DNA of 64,000 nucleotides from Candidatus Gottesmanbacteria bacterium RIFCSPHIGHO2_01_FULL_40_15 (GTDB lineage Bacteria; Patescibacteriota; Microgenomatia; 2-02-FULL-39-11), in assembly GCA_001779115.1 (NCBI GenBank), contig MFJF01000015.1, positions 22,491 through 86,490 on the forward strand. Direction: 5' to 3'. The position numbers were made by a program, and so were the translations under genes. The notes under the pieces are model-generated. The model did not search any database. It worked only from the letters and a program-made list of their open reading frames with translations, and was not told where the DNA came from. Position 1 is the stretch's first letter, and each line of letters starts with the position of its first letter. Shown here piece by piece: positions 27,555 to 36,956 of the stretch.

Positions 27555-29200
27555 CGATGTTTAAAATAAATAAGGCGGTTTTTTTTCTGATCCTGATATT
27601 ATCACTGGCCACATGTCTTCGGCTTTGGAAATTGGATTCAATTCCTCCGTCATTATATTCGGATGAGGCAAATCTGGGTTATAATGCTTACTCAATTCTA
27701 AAGACCTTCCGGGACGAACACGGAATTTTTCTGCCCGTTTCATTGAGATCTTTCGGCGACTGGAAACCGCCCCTGCCGGCATATTTGATGATCCCTCCGA
27801 TTTACTTATTCGGCTTAAACGAATTTTCAGTCCGGCTGCCCTCAGCAATCCTTGGGGTAGGTTCTGTTTTCCTGATATACCGGTTGGTGAATTTAATCTT
27901 TTTGTCCGCTTCTTTCAGGGGAAAAGCCGCTCTTTTAAGTGCTTTTTTCCTGGCTCTTTCTCCCTGGCATCTGCTCCAGAGCCGTGCCTCCATGCTGGTA
28001 ATGGTTGCCCTTTATTTTCTCCAGCTCGGAGTTTATTTTTTTCTTAAAGGAAAAACTGACCGCCGTAATTTCTACTGGGGGTCCCTTTTTTTAACCGTGA
28101 CTTTTTATGCTTACTACGGAATGAGACTGATTTCACCGCTGCTTTTTTTAATTCTCATAATTTATAATTACCGGGAATTCTTCCGGAAAAAAATCTGGCT
28201 AAAATCTTTCCTGATAGTTTTGCTGATGATAACTCCGCTTATACTGGGTTTTATTAAAAATCCGGACGTAGTTTTCGGCCGGGCCAAAACAGTCAGTGTT
28301 TTTTATGACCGGGGAACAGATTTAAGATTGTGGGAACTGACAACTCAGGACGGTATTTCAGCCGATCCTCTTATAACGCGCTTTTTTCATAACCGCCCCT
28401 ATCAATTCGGTAAAAAAATCCTTTCCAATTTCTTTACCCATTTCCATGGAAAATTCCTTTTCCTGGAAGGGGATAAATCCCAGCCGTTTGAAACACCGGG
28501 AATGGGTATTTTATATCTTTTTGACGGCATTTTTATTCCGGCGGGCCTGTTTATCAGTTTAAAATTACGGTCTTCATTTGGTAAGTTTTTTGTAATTTGG
28601 CTCATAATATCAATTTTTCCGGCAGCCCTGACATTTATGGTCCCCTCTTCAAACCGGACTTTTAATGCTGTAATACCTCTGTCCGTGTATTTCTCACTGG
28701 GATTTTATTATTTTAGCAGGAAAATACATTCCCGGATTTTGGCGGCGCTATTTCTTACAGTTGTATATTTCTCGGCATTCACGTATTTTATGAAAATTTA
28801 TTTTATCAGCATACCCGAAAACTACAGCCATATATGGAATTACGGCTGGAAACAGGCAACCGGATTTGTCCAAAAACAGGCTGCTGATTATGACAATATA
28901 ATAGTATCGGATGTCGGAATGCCATATATATATTTCCTATTTTACAACAAATATGACCCGGCCAGGTTTCAAAAAGAAGCTGTCAGAAGTTATGCGGCCG
29001 ATCAGTTCGGATTTGAACATGTCCTCGGATTCAATAAATATCTTTTTATAAATGAAATGGACTGGCGGGAAACAAAAAATAGTCTGATGGATAATACTCT
29101 TTATCTTGTCCATAAAGACCGGATGGGGGAAGAAGTCGGGTCAGCTGAAGTTATAAAATACCAAAGCGGACTGCCTGCCGTTAATATCTTCAGGAATTAA
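27551..29200 (+). CDS. PMT_2/ArnT-like GT-C membrane glycosyltransferase (B2)
   Basis: LRLWKLDSIPPSLYSDEANLGYNAYSILKTFRDEHGIFLPVSLRSFGDWKPP. Confidence 0.65.
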   Translation: MTMFKINKAVFFLILILSLATCLRLWKLDSIPPSLYSDEANLGYNAYSILKTFRDEHGIFLPVSLRSFGDWKPPLPAYLMIPPIYLFGLNEFSVRLPSAILGVGSVFLIYRLVNLIFLSASFRGKAALLSAFFLALSPWHLLQSRASMLVMVALYFLQLGVYFFLKGKTDRRNFYWGSLFLTVTFYAYYGMRLISPLLFLILIIYNYREFFRKKIWLKSFLIVLLMITPLILGFIKNPDVVFGRAKTVSVFYDRGTDLRLWELTTQDGISADPLITRFFHNRPYQFGKKILSNFFTHFHGKFLFLEGDKSQPFETPGMGILYLFDGIFIPAGLFISLKLRSSFGKFFVIWLIISIFPAALTFMVPSSNRTFNAVIPLSVYFSLGFYYFSRKIHSRILAALFLTVVYFSAFTYFMKIYFISIPENYSHIWNYGWKQATGFVQKQAADYDNIIVSDVGMPYIYFLFYNKYDPARFQKEAVRSYAADQFGFEHVLGFNKYLFINEMDWRETKNSLMDNTLYLVHKDRMGEEVGSAEVIKYQSGLPAVNIFRN

Positions 29201-29204
29201 AAAA

Positions 29205-30830
29205 ATGTTTAAACGAAGGAGTTATCTGATTCTTATCCTTTTACTGGCGCTGTTCCTGCGTCTCTTCAAAATTAGCGATTTCCCCAAAACCCTTTACGGT
29301 GATGAGCAGGCTTTTGCCTGGAATGCTTATAATATTTTGAAAACCGGAACAGACGAATACGGTACCCCTTTCCCGCTCCAATTCCGTTCATTTAATGATT
29401 ACAAAGCGCCGGTTCCAGTCTATCTTTTGGTTCCGGTATTTAAACTTTTCGGGATGACTCCGGCATCAATCAGAATTCCAGTGTCTTTGGCTTCACTTTT
29501 AACTGTTTATGTTTTTTATTTATTAGTTTTTAAATTTCTTCCGGCAAAAATTTCACTTGTCTCCTCATTTCTGTTTACCGTTTCGCCTTGGCATATTCAT
29601 TTATCTCGGGGATATTTCGAGGCAACTCTTGCCCTGCTTTTTTTCCTGATTGCTTTATATTTCTTTTTTAAAGACAACTTTTCCCCCAAATCGCTACTAT
29701 TGAGCGGCTTATTTTTTGTCTCTGCTTTATACAGTTATTTTACTCCACGGATGCTGTTGCCTTTATTTATTCCGTTTATAATCTTTATTGGATTCCGCCT
29801 GCCTGTTACCGGGAAAAAAATAAATTACAAAAATGTTGCCCTTTTCCTAATTCTTATCTTTATCCTGTCGCTGCCCCTTATAAAGCTGACTTTCTTCGGG
29901 CAGGGTTTATCCCGTTTCAACAAATTAAATGAAACGGTCAGTCAGGCAATAATTCAGACGGTAAATAATGAACGGAAGGCTTCCAATCTGCCGCATTCCG
30001 TCCGGCCTTTTTTCCATAATAAGGCAACGGTTTGGCTGAGGTTCGTAAAAAACAATTATCTTGAACATTTCTCCCTTAACTTCTGGTATATATACGGGGA
30101 TAATTCCCTGAGGTATTTCCTGGGAAATATGGGCATGTTTTACCTTTTTGAAATGCCCTTTTTTATATTGGGGCTTGTTACGGTTTACGCTCGTCATAAG
30201 AACCTGTTTTATTTCCTGTCAGGCTGGCTCCTGTTGGCTCCGGTTCCTGCCTCCGTTGTCGGCCGGTCTTTTGCCGTCAGAAGCTTGAGCATGCTCCCGG
30301 TGCCGTTTATTTTTGTTGCCGCCGGAATTGATCAAATGACTTCATTTATAAAAAACCGGCCTTCCCGGAAAATATTCATCCTTACCCTGACAATGGTAAC
30401 TGTAACCTCGATCGGCGCCGTTTTAATCCGTTATTATTTGGAATATCCCGTATATGCGGCTACTTGGTGGGGGTGGGAAAATAAAGCCGCTATCGATTAT
30501 GCCAAAGCAAGGGAAAATAAATACCAGCAAATATTTATTTCCGACTTTTATACCGGTTCGACTTTGGCTTATGCTGTCTATAACAACTTTGACCCCCTTA
30601 AATACCGGCAGGCGGTAAATAATCCCGTTGTTATGGCCGACAACCGGCATTTTATTAAACTCGGCAAATATTATTTCGGTTCTCTTGATCTTGATGAAAA
30701 ACGACTATCAGAGGGAACAATTCCAAAAAAGTCGCTTTATATCGGAAGACCTGAAGAAGCCGCTTCGGATGAAACAATCAATGCTCCGGATGACGGCCGG
30801 ATAATTTTTATTATCCATAAAACAGAATAA
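29205..30830 (+). CDS. PMT_2/ArnT-like GT-C membrane glycosyltransferase (B3)
   Basis: LRLFKISDFPKTLYGDEQAFAWNAYNILKTGTDEYGTPFPLQFRSFNDYKAP. Confidence 0.65.
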   Translation: MFKRRSYLILILLLALFLRLFKISDFPKTLYGDEQAFAWNAYNILKTGTDEYGTPFPLQFRSFNDYKAPVPVYLLVPVFKLFGMTPASIRIPVSLASLLTVYVFYLLVFKFLPAKISLVSSFLFTVSPWHIHLSRGYFEATLALLFFLIALYFFFKDNFSPKSLLLSGLFFVSALYSYFTPRMLLPLFIPFIIFIGFRLPVTGKKINYKNVALFLILIFILSLPLIKLTFFGQGLSRFNKLNETVSQAIIQTVNNERKASNLPHSVRPFFHNKATVWLRFVKNNYLEHFSLNFWYIYGDNSLRYFLGNMGMFYLFEMPFFILGLVTVYARHKNLFYFLSGWLLLAPVPASVVGRSFAVRSLSMLPVPFIFVAAGIDQMTSFIKNRPSRKIFILTLTMVTVTSIGAVLIRYYLEYPVYAATWWGWENKAAIDYAKARENKYQQIFISDFYTGSTLAYAVYNNFDPLKYRQAVNNPVVMADNRHFIKLGKYYFGSLDLDEKRLSEGTIPKKSLYIGRPEEAASDETINAPDDGRIIFIIHKTE

Positions 30831-32800
30831 TGCTAGCCCCTCTGATTATTTTTTTGTTTTTCCTCCTCTTTTATGTCTTTATCCCCGGCATTTGTTTTCT
30901 CCACCTGGGAAAAATAAAAACGGATAATATTTTAATCGGTACCGGACTGGCAGGCTGCACCGGTTTGATTTTATTGATTTCACTTCTGATGCCTGCCAAG
31001 ATTATCAGGTTCCCTGATTTTATTATTTATTTATATCCTTTTATTTTTGCTTTTTCTTATCTGATTTTCCGGAAAAAATCTCAAAAAAAAGACGTTTTGA
31101 ATGTTGTGCGGATATTAAATTCAACCGGAGCAGTACTGTTATTGATTATGGTAAGCTCTTTAATCCAGTCATATACTCTTTTTTCAGGGGGAGTAAAGAC
31201 AGATGCGGGAATCCGTTTTCATTCGGTTCATGATAACCTGTGGAATATTTCCATAATCAATGAACTTAAAATTAAGGTCCCGCCCGATCATCCGGCTATT
31301 TCCGGGGAAGTTGTTAAAAACCATCATTATTTTTACCTGTATTTTCTCGCTTTGGCCAATAAAATAACAGCAATTTCCGTCTTTGATCTGTATTTCCGGT
31401 TCGGTCCGGTTTTTGTGTCTTTCTTATACGGTTTATCTTTGTATTCTGCGGCAGCCATATTTACCAAAAAAGTTCTTTTCCGTGCTGTTGCCGTATTCCT
31501 GGGTTATTTTTCCGGTAATCTGGCTTATCTGGCGCCTCTGTTTTTTTCCAATATAACTGATTGGCGGGCAAATCTTTTTTTTGCCGATCAGCCGTTTGAT
31601 CAGATATTTAATCCTTACACTGTTCTTGGGTTTGCCGTATTTTTATATGCTGCTTATTCATTGTCTTTTTTTCTAAGACAGAAAAAACCGGGTTACATTT
31701 GGCCTCTGATTATCTCCCTTTTTATCGCCGGTTCCTTCGGTATTAAATCATTCGGTTCAGTTATCCTTCTTGGTTCATTGCTTTTTACCGCTACGGTATC
31801 ATTTATTTTTTTCCGGGAAAAACGCCTGCTGTACCTGTCAATATTATCCATCTTACTTTTCCTGCCTGTTTTTTATCTGATAGCCGGTAAATCAAGCATT
31901 TCCCCGGTATTTATTCCCGGCTGGTTATTAAGGGAAATGATGACCGGCACCGATAAGCTCAATCAGCCGGTTTTTTCCGATATTGAAAATTACTATATTT
32001 CGGTTAATAACCTTGCCGGTTTATTAAAAATAAAATTGTTTGAACTTTTTATTTATATATTGGGAAATTTCGGTATGCGGTTATTGGGGTTTCTATTTCT
32101 CATGAGTATAATTCTTTCAAAAAAAGCGGTCCGGCTTAAAATCACTGCCCTGTTTATCCTCACTGCCGTCGTGCTTTCTATTTCGGTACCACTGTTATTT
32201 AATCTGTCAAATTCACCTTACAACATCATTCAGTTTACTCCGTATTCTCTGGTCCTTTTATCTGTCGCTTCGGCACTTTTTTTGGAGGATTTGAGGGATT
32301 TTTTAACTGCAAAAAAATTAGGGTTAATGGCTTATATTCTGATTTTATTCCTTATTATCAGCTCACTGCCGGTCAACATTAAAAATTTTTCCGGTAAGAT
32401 CAGGGAAGAGGGGGATATTATTGGAAGAGAAGATTTAGAAGGAGCCCAATTTCTGAAAGAGAAAGCCGGCCGCCAAAAAATTATACTAATTGATCCTGAT
32501 CAATTTCCCGGTTCAGCCATATATCTTCCGGCTTTAAGCGGGAAAAAATTTTACCTTGCCGATTCCGGCTATGCTCTTCAAACGGGAATAAGTCCGGAGA
32601 AAAAATTGGCATTGATCAGAAATTTTTTCGATACCGGAATGACTGACCGGAGTTTTCTTGATAAAAACAATATTGAATATATTTACCTGAAAAACGGCGG
32701 GCACCCGTTTGTGTTATTTGACCCCTCAACCGGCTTAACCGATAATATGTACCGAACTGTCTTTACCAACGGGAGTATCACTATCCTGCAGCTGAAATGA
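30830..32800 (+). CDS. large polytopic membrane protein with a C-terminal soluble domain. GT-C-like or polymerase-like, unclassified.
   Basis: 656 aa, at least 13 hydrophobic segments and a soluble tail of about 150 aa. TAATG overlap at the start, ATGA at the end. Confidence 0.45.
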   Translation: MLAPLIIFLFFLLFYVFIPGICFLHLGKIKTDNILIGTGLAGCTGLILLISLLMPAKIIRFPDFIIYLYPFIFAFSYLIFRKKSQKKDVLNVVRILNSTGAVLLLIMVSSLIQSYTLFSGGVKTDAGIRFHSVHDNLWNISIINELKIKVPPDHPAISGEVVKNHHYFYLYFLALANKITAISVFDLYFRFGPVFVSFLYGLSLYSAAAIFTKKVLFRAVAVFLGYFSGNLAYLAPLFFSNITDWRANLFFADQPFDQIFNPYTVLGFAVFLYAAYSLSFFLRQKKPGYIWPLIISLFIAGSFGIKSFGSVILLGSLLFTATVSFIFFREKRLLYLSILSILLFLPVFYLIAGKSSISPVFIPGWLLREMMTGTDKLNQPVFSDIENYYISVNNLAGLLKIKLFELFIYILGNFGMRLLGFLFLMSIILSKKAVRLKITALFILTAVVLSISVPLLFNLSNSPYNIIQFTPYSLVLLSVASALFLEDLRDFLTAKKLGLMAYILILFLIISSLPVNIKNFSGKIREEGDIIGREDLEGAQFLKEKAGRQKIILIDPDQFPGSAIYLPALSGKKFYLADSGYALQTGISPEKKLALIRNFFDTGMTDRSFLDKNNIEYIYLKNGGHPFVLFDPSTGLTDNMYRTVFTNGSITILQLK

Positions 32801-34407
32801 AGAAATTTCTTTTAATTCTTATTATTATAATCGCCATTTTTTTAAGGATTTGGCACCTGGATCTTAATCCGCCTTCACTTTATTGGGATGAAGCATCCCT
32901 GGGTTATAATGCTTATTCAATTCTATTATCGGGAGCTGACGAACACGGCGAAAAGTTACCTCTTGATCGGTTTATCGCTTTTGGCGATTACAAGCCGCCC
33001 GGTTACATATATTCAACTGTTTTTTCAATGGCGGTCTTTGGTCCGAATGAATTTGCCGTCCGGTTCCCTTCAGCAATGGGTGGAATCCTGATGGTTATAT
33101 TAACTTATTTTTTAACCAAAAAACTTTTAACTTCAGTAAAAGTTTCTTTATTGGCTTCATTTTTATTAGCTGTTTCTCCCTGGTCGATACATTTATCAAG
33201 GGCTGCTTTTGAAGCTAATTTGGCGGCTTTTTTCAATCTGGCTGCGGTTTTCTTTTTTCTTAAAGCCAAAAAAAAAGCCTCTTTTTTTATTCTGTCAGTT
33301 ATCTTTTTTGTCCTTTCTTTTTATACATTCAACGCCAACAGAATTATCGCCCCGGTTTTTCTTATTTCTTTGATTTTTATCCATTTTAAATTTATAAGGC
33401 AAAATCTTGTTTGGTACATTGCCGGTTTTATTTTGGCGGGATTTTTTATTTTGCCGTCGACCGGATTTTTACGAAGCCGGGAAAGCAGGCTCCGGTTCCA
33501 GGAAGTTTCCATATTCAACAGTATTGTCCCTGTTGAAATTGCCAATGCCAGAATTTCAAATGACGGTAATACGGCCATTGCCCGGCTTATCCATAACCGC
33601 CGGTTATTGTTCCTGGCGGATTATCTTAAACACTTAAGCGATAATTTTTCCGGCCGGTTTCTTTTTACCCACGGTGACGGCAATCCCAGATTATCAGTCC
33701 AGGGAATGGGACAGCTTTACTTCTGGGAACTTCCCTTTGCCGTTGCCGGATTATTTTTCCTGATACTTTATAAAAGATCAATTATTCCTCTTATTTTTGC
33801 CTGGATGGCAATAAGCGTTATTCCGGCCGGTGCTGCCCGAGAAACACCCCACGCTCTTAGAATTGTTTCCATACTGCCCTCATATCAGATTATTACGGCT
33901 TTCGGGCTTTACCGGTCAGCCCTTTGGTTGAAAGATATTTTTTCCCGGAAAAATTATATTGCGGCAATCTTTATTTCCGGCATTATATTTGTGTTTAATT
34001 TTTACTATTATATCCATCTTTATCATATCCACTTTCCTTCCGATTGGGCCGGGCAGTGGCAGTACGGCTATAAACAAATGGTAAATTATGTTTTAAATAT
34101 TAAGTCCCGCTATGACAGGATATTTATTACTTCAACGCTGGGCCGGCCCTATATTTTTTTCGCTTTTTATAAGCCGTATTTACCTTCCGAGTTTCAAAAA
34201 GAAAAAAAAGTCTCCCGGGATTGGTTTGGCTTCTATGAGGTTGAGGCTTTGGGAAAAATAAGTTTCGATACTTCAAATCTGTATAACGCTTCCGGCCGGA
34301 TTCTGTATGTCGGATCGGAAAATAAGCCGCCGGTCGGTTTCCGGTTCCTGGCGACAATAAACTCAAGTAGCCGGGAGCCGGTTTTCTATATTTGGGAAAA
34401 AACATGA
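32797..34407 (+). CDS. PMT_2/ArnT-like GT-C membrane glycosyltransferase (B4)
   Basis: LRIWHLDLNPPSLYWDEASLGYNAYSILLSGADEHGEKLPLDRFIAFGDYKPP. Confidence 0.65.
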   Translation: MKKFLLILIIIIAIFLRIWHLDLNPPSLYWDEASLGYNAYSILLSGADEHGEKLPLDRFIAFGDYKPPGYIYSTVFSMAVFGPNEFAVRFPSAMGGILMVILTYFLTKKLLTSVKVSLLASFLLAVSPWSIHLSRAAFEANLAAFFNLAAVFFFLKAKKKASFFILSVIFFVLSFYTFNANRIIAPVFLISLIFIHFKFIRQNLVWYIAGFILAGFFILPSTGFLRSRESRLRFQEVSIFNSIVPVEIANARISNDGNTAIARLIHNRRLLFLADYLKHLSDNFSGRFLFTHGDGNPRLSVQGMGQLYFWELPFAVAGLFFLILYKRSIIPLIFAWMAISVIPAGAARETPHALRIVSILPSYQIITAFGLYRSALWLKDIFSRKNYIAAIFISGIIFVFNFYYYIHLYHIHFPSDWAGQWQYGYKQMVNYVLNIKSRYDRIFITSTLGRPYIFFAFYKPYLPSEFQKEKKVSRDWFGFYEVEALGKISFDTSNLYNASGRILYVGSENKPPVGFRFLATINSSSREPVFYIWEKT

Positions 34408-35999
34408 CTAAAACTGCCAAAATTTTACTTTTACTGACATTGGTCTTAGCGTTTGTTCTCCGCGTTTGGAAACTGGGTGATAATCCTCCGTCTTTGGATT
34501 GGGATGAAGCATCTTTAGGCTATAATGCCTATTCCATTTTAAAAACCGGCCGGGATGAATATGGTAATTTTCTTCCCATGTCCATCCGCTCATTCAATGA
34601 TTACAAACCTCCTTTATATACTTATCTGGCCTTGCCCGCGGTTGCGGTTTTCGGACTGAATGAACTTTCGGTCCGCCTGCCTTCGGCGGTATTCGGATTT
34701 CTTGCCGTAATTTCCTGTTTTTATCTGGTCAGACTGATGAATCCCCAAAATATTAAATTAGCTTTGCTGACCGCCTTTTTCCTGTCAATTTCCCCGTGGC
34801 ATATCCAGTTCTCCAGGATCGCTTTTGAAGCCAATCTCGCCTTATCCTTATATATTTTGGCCATTACTCTTTTTCTCAAAAGCCTTAAAAGCGGTATTTT
34901 TTATCCGTTTTCCGCACTTGTATTTGCCTTGTCAATTTATTCTTACCACAGTCCCAGATTAATAATTCCGATAGTAGTTTTGGGTCTGGTTCTCCTTTAT
35001 TTTAAGAGAGTCACAGGCAAATTACCGTGGTTTTTGACCTTTGTTGTACTGCTGTTTGTCACAGCATTCCCGGTAATAAAAGAGATAAACCGGTCAACCG
35101 GAGCCCGTTTTTCCTCAGTCAGTGTTGTTAATCCTGATGAAAAATTAGGCGCTTCCATTGCCGCCATGGAATTTGACCGCCTGAGAGGGGAGCCTTTCGG
35201 AAAAATACTTCATAACCGGAGACTTGTTTTCGGCAGGGAAATTCTTGCAGGCTACCTGGATCATTTTAATTTTGATTTTCTTTTTCTGACCGGTGATCCT
35301 CCCGGCCGCCACCATGCTGCCGGCATGGGCATGCTTTATGTCACAGACCTGCCGTTAATTCTTCTCGGAATTGTTTTTCTTGCTCTTAATTTTAAAAAAA
35401 AGGCATTCCGCTTAATTCTCCTATTATTTTTTGCCGCCCCTCTTGCTTCATCATTGACTACCGGAACCCCGCACGCGGTTAGGGCAATTTTTTACCTTCC
35501 CGTCTATCAGATCATTGCCGCCCTGGGTTTGATTCGGGTCAGTAAAAAATCCTATTTCAAATATGTTTTCTGCCTTCTTTTAATTATTAATTTCCTTTAT
35601 TATCTCCATCAGTACTATGTCCATACCCCGGTGGAATATGCCTCGTCCTGGCAATACGGATATAAAGAAGCGGTTTATGAATCCGAAAAACACTATGGGT
35701 CCGTTGACAAAATTATAGTTACTTACCGGTATGATCAGCCTTATATTTATTTCCTTTTCTATAACCGGACTGATCCCGCTTGGTATCAATCATTATGGCG
35801 GGGTTATGCGATTAAAAGAGCAGAAAGGCAATATGACAAGTATGAATTCCGCAATATTAATTGGGAACAGGATAGCCAAATGAAAAATGCCTTGCTTATC
35901 GGAACGCCGGAAGAAATTCCTGATAATGCTCCGGGTATAACCAGAGAAATATTTTTTCCTGACGGCACTATCGCCTTCAGAATTGTTAAACGGATTTAG
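34404..35999 (+). CDS. PMT_2/ArnT-like GT-C membrane glycosyltransferase (B5)
   Basis: LRVWKLGDNPPSLDWDEASLGYNAYSILKTGRDEYGNFLPMSIRSFNDYKPP. ATGA overlap with B4. Confidence 0.65.
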   Translation: MTKTAKILLLLTLVLAFVLRVWKLGDNPPSLDWDEASLGYNAYSILKTGRDEYGNFLPMSIRSFNDYKPPLYTYLALPAVAVFGLNELSVRLPSAVFGFLAVISCFYLVRLMNPQNIKLALLTAFFLSISPWHIQFSRIAFEANLALSLYILAITLFLKSLKSGIFYPFSALVFALSIYSYHSPRLIIPIVVLGLVLLYFKRVTGKLPWFLTFVVLLFVTAFPVIKEINRSTGARFSSVSVVNPDEKLGASIAAMEFDRLRGEPFGKILHNRRLVFGREILAGYLDHFNFDFLFLTGDPPGRHHAAGMGMLYVTDLPLILLGIVFLALNFKKKAFRLILLLFFAAPLASSLTTGTPHAVRAIFYLPVYQIIAALGLIRVSKKSYFKYVFCLLLIINFLYYLHQYYVHTPVEYASSWQYGYKEAVYESEKHYGSVDKIIVTYRYDQPYIYFLFYNRTDPAWYQSLWRGYAIKRAERQYDKYEFRNINWEQDSQMKNALLIGTPEEIPDNAPGITREIFFPDGTIAFRIVKRI

Positions 36000-36024
36000 A
36001 ATAAAGCATGCTAAAATACCGGAT

Positions 36025-36951
36025 ATGAACATATTGGTAACCGGAGGAGCCGGTTTTATCGGTTCCCATATTGTTGATGAGTTTATATGCCTTGGACACC
36101 AAGTGGCCGTAATTGATGATCTTTCAACGGGAAAAAAAGAGTTTATAAACAAAAAAGCACATTTTTTTAAAGTCGATATCAGGGATAAAAGGGAAATCGC
36201 TTCAATTATTAAAAAAATACGTCCCGATATTATCAGTCACCATGCCGCTCAAATTAGCGTCAGGAATTCCGTTGAGAATCCCGGAGAAGATGCACAGGTG
36301 AACATTTTAGGTCTCTTGAATTTACTGGAAGCCGGCCGCCTCTATGGCTTGAAAAAAGTGCTGTTTGCTTCTTCCGGAGGTGTTGTTTACGGTGAGGCTG
36401 ACCGGATTCCCACGCCTGAAAGTTACGATCCCAAATTGCCGTTGTCTCCCTATGGAATAACAAAACTTGCCGGAGAATTTTATTTAAGCGTATATATGAG
36501 AAATTACAAAATTGATTATGTAGCTCTTAGATATTCCAATGTCTACGGTCCCAGGCAAAATCCTCACGGTGAAGCCGGAGTAGTCGCCATATTCTCAAAC
36601 AGTCTTCTGACCGGCCTGCCTCCCGTAATTAACGGTGACGGCAGGCAGACCAGGGATTATATTTTTGTCAAAGATGTGGTTAACGCCAATGTCCGGGCAA
36701 TAAGTGCAAAATATTCAGGTCCGGTCAATATCGGGACCGGTATTGAAACTGATGTTCTGGCTGTTTTTTCCGGAATAAAAAATCATGTCAGAACTGATAT
36801 TTCTCCCCGGTTCGGTCCGGCTAAAAAAGGAGAGCAGCGAAGAAGTTGTCTTAACGTGAATTTAGCCAAAAAAGCCATTAATTGGCAACCCGCGGTTACC
36901 CTTTCCCGGGGTTTGGAAAACACCGTTTTATATTTCCGCGCTGACAGATAA
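36025..36951 (+). CDS. NAD-dependent epimerase/dehydratase (GalE-like UDP-hexose 4-epimerase family)
   Basis: ILVTGGAGFIGSHIVD, SPYGITKLAGE (YxxxK), NVYGPRQ. ATG 36025 is preferred over the ORF-track start at 35983. Confidence 0.7.
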   Translation: MNILVTGGAGFIGSHIVDEFICLGHQVAVIDDLSTGKKEFINKKAHFFKVDIRDKREIASIIKKIRPDIISHHAAQISVRNSVENPGEDAQVNILGLLNLLEAGRLYGLKKVLFASSGGVVYGEADRIPTPESYDPKLPLSPYGITKLAGEFYLSVYMRNYKIDYVALRYSNVYGPRQNPHGEAGVVAIFSNSLLTGLPPVINGDGRQTRDYIFVKDVVNANVRAISAKYSGPVNIGTGIETDVLAVFSGIKNHVRTDISPRFGPAKKGEQRRSCLNVNLAKKAINWQPAVTLSRGLENTVLYFRADR

Positions 36952-36956
36952 TCGAA

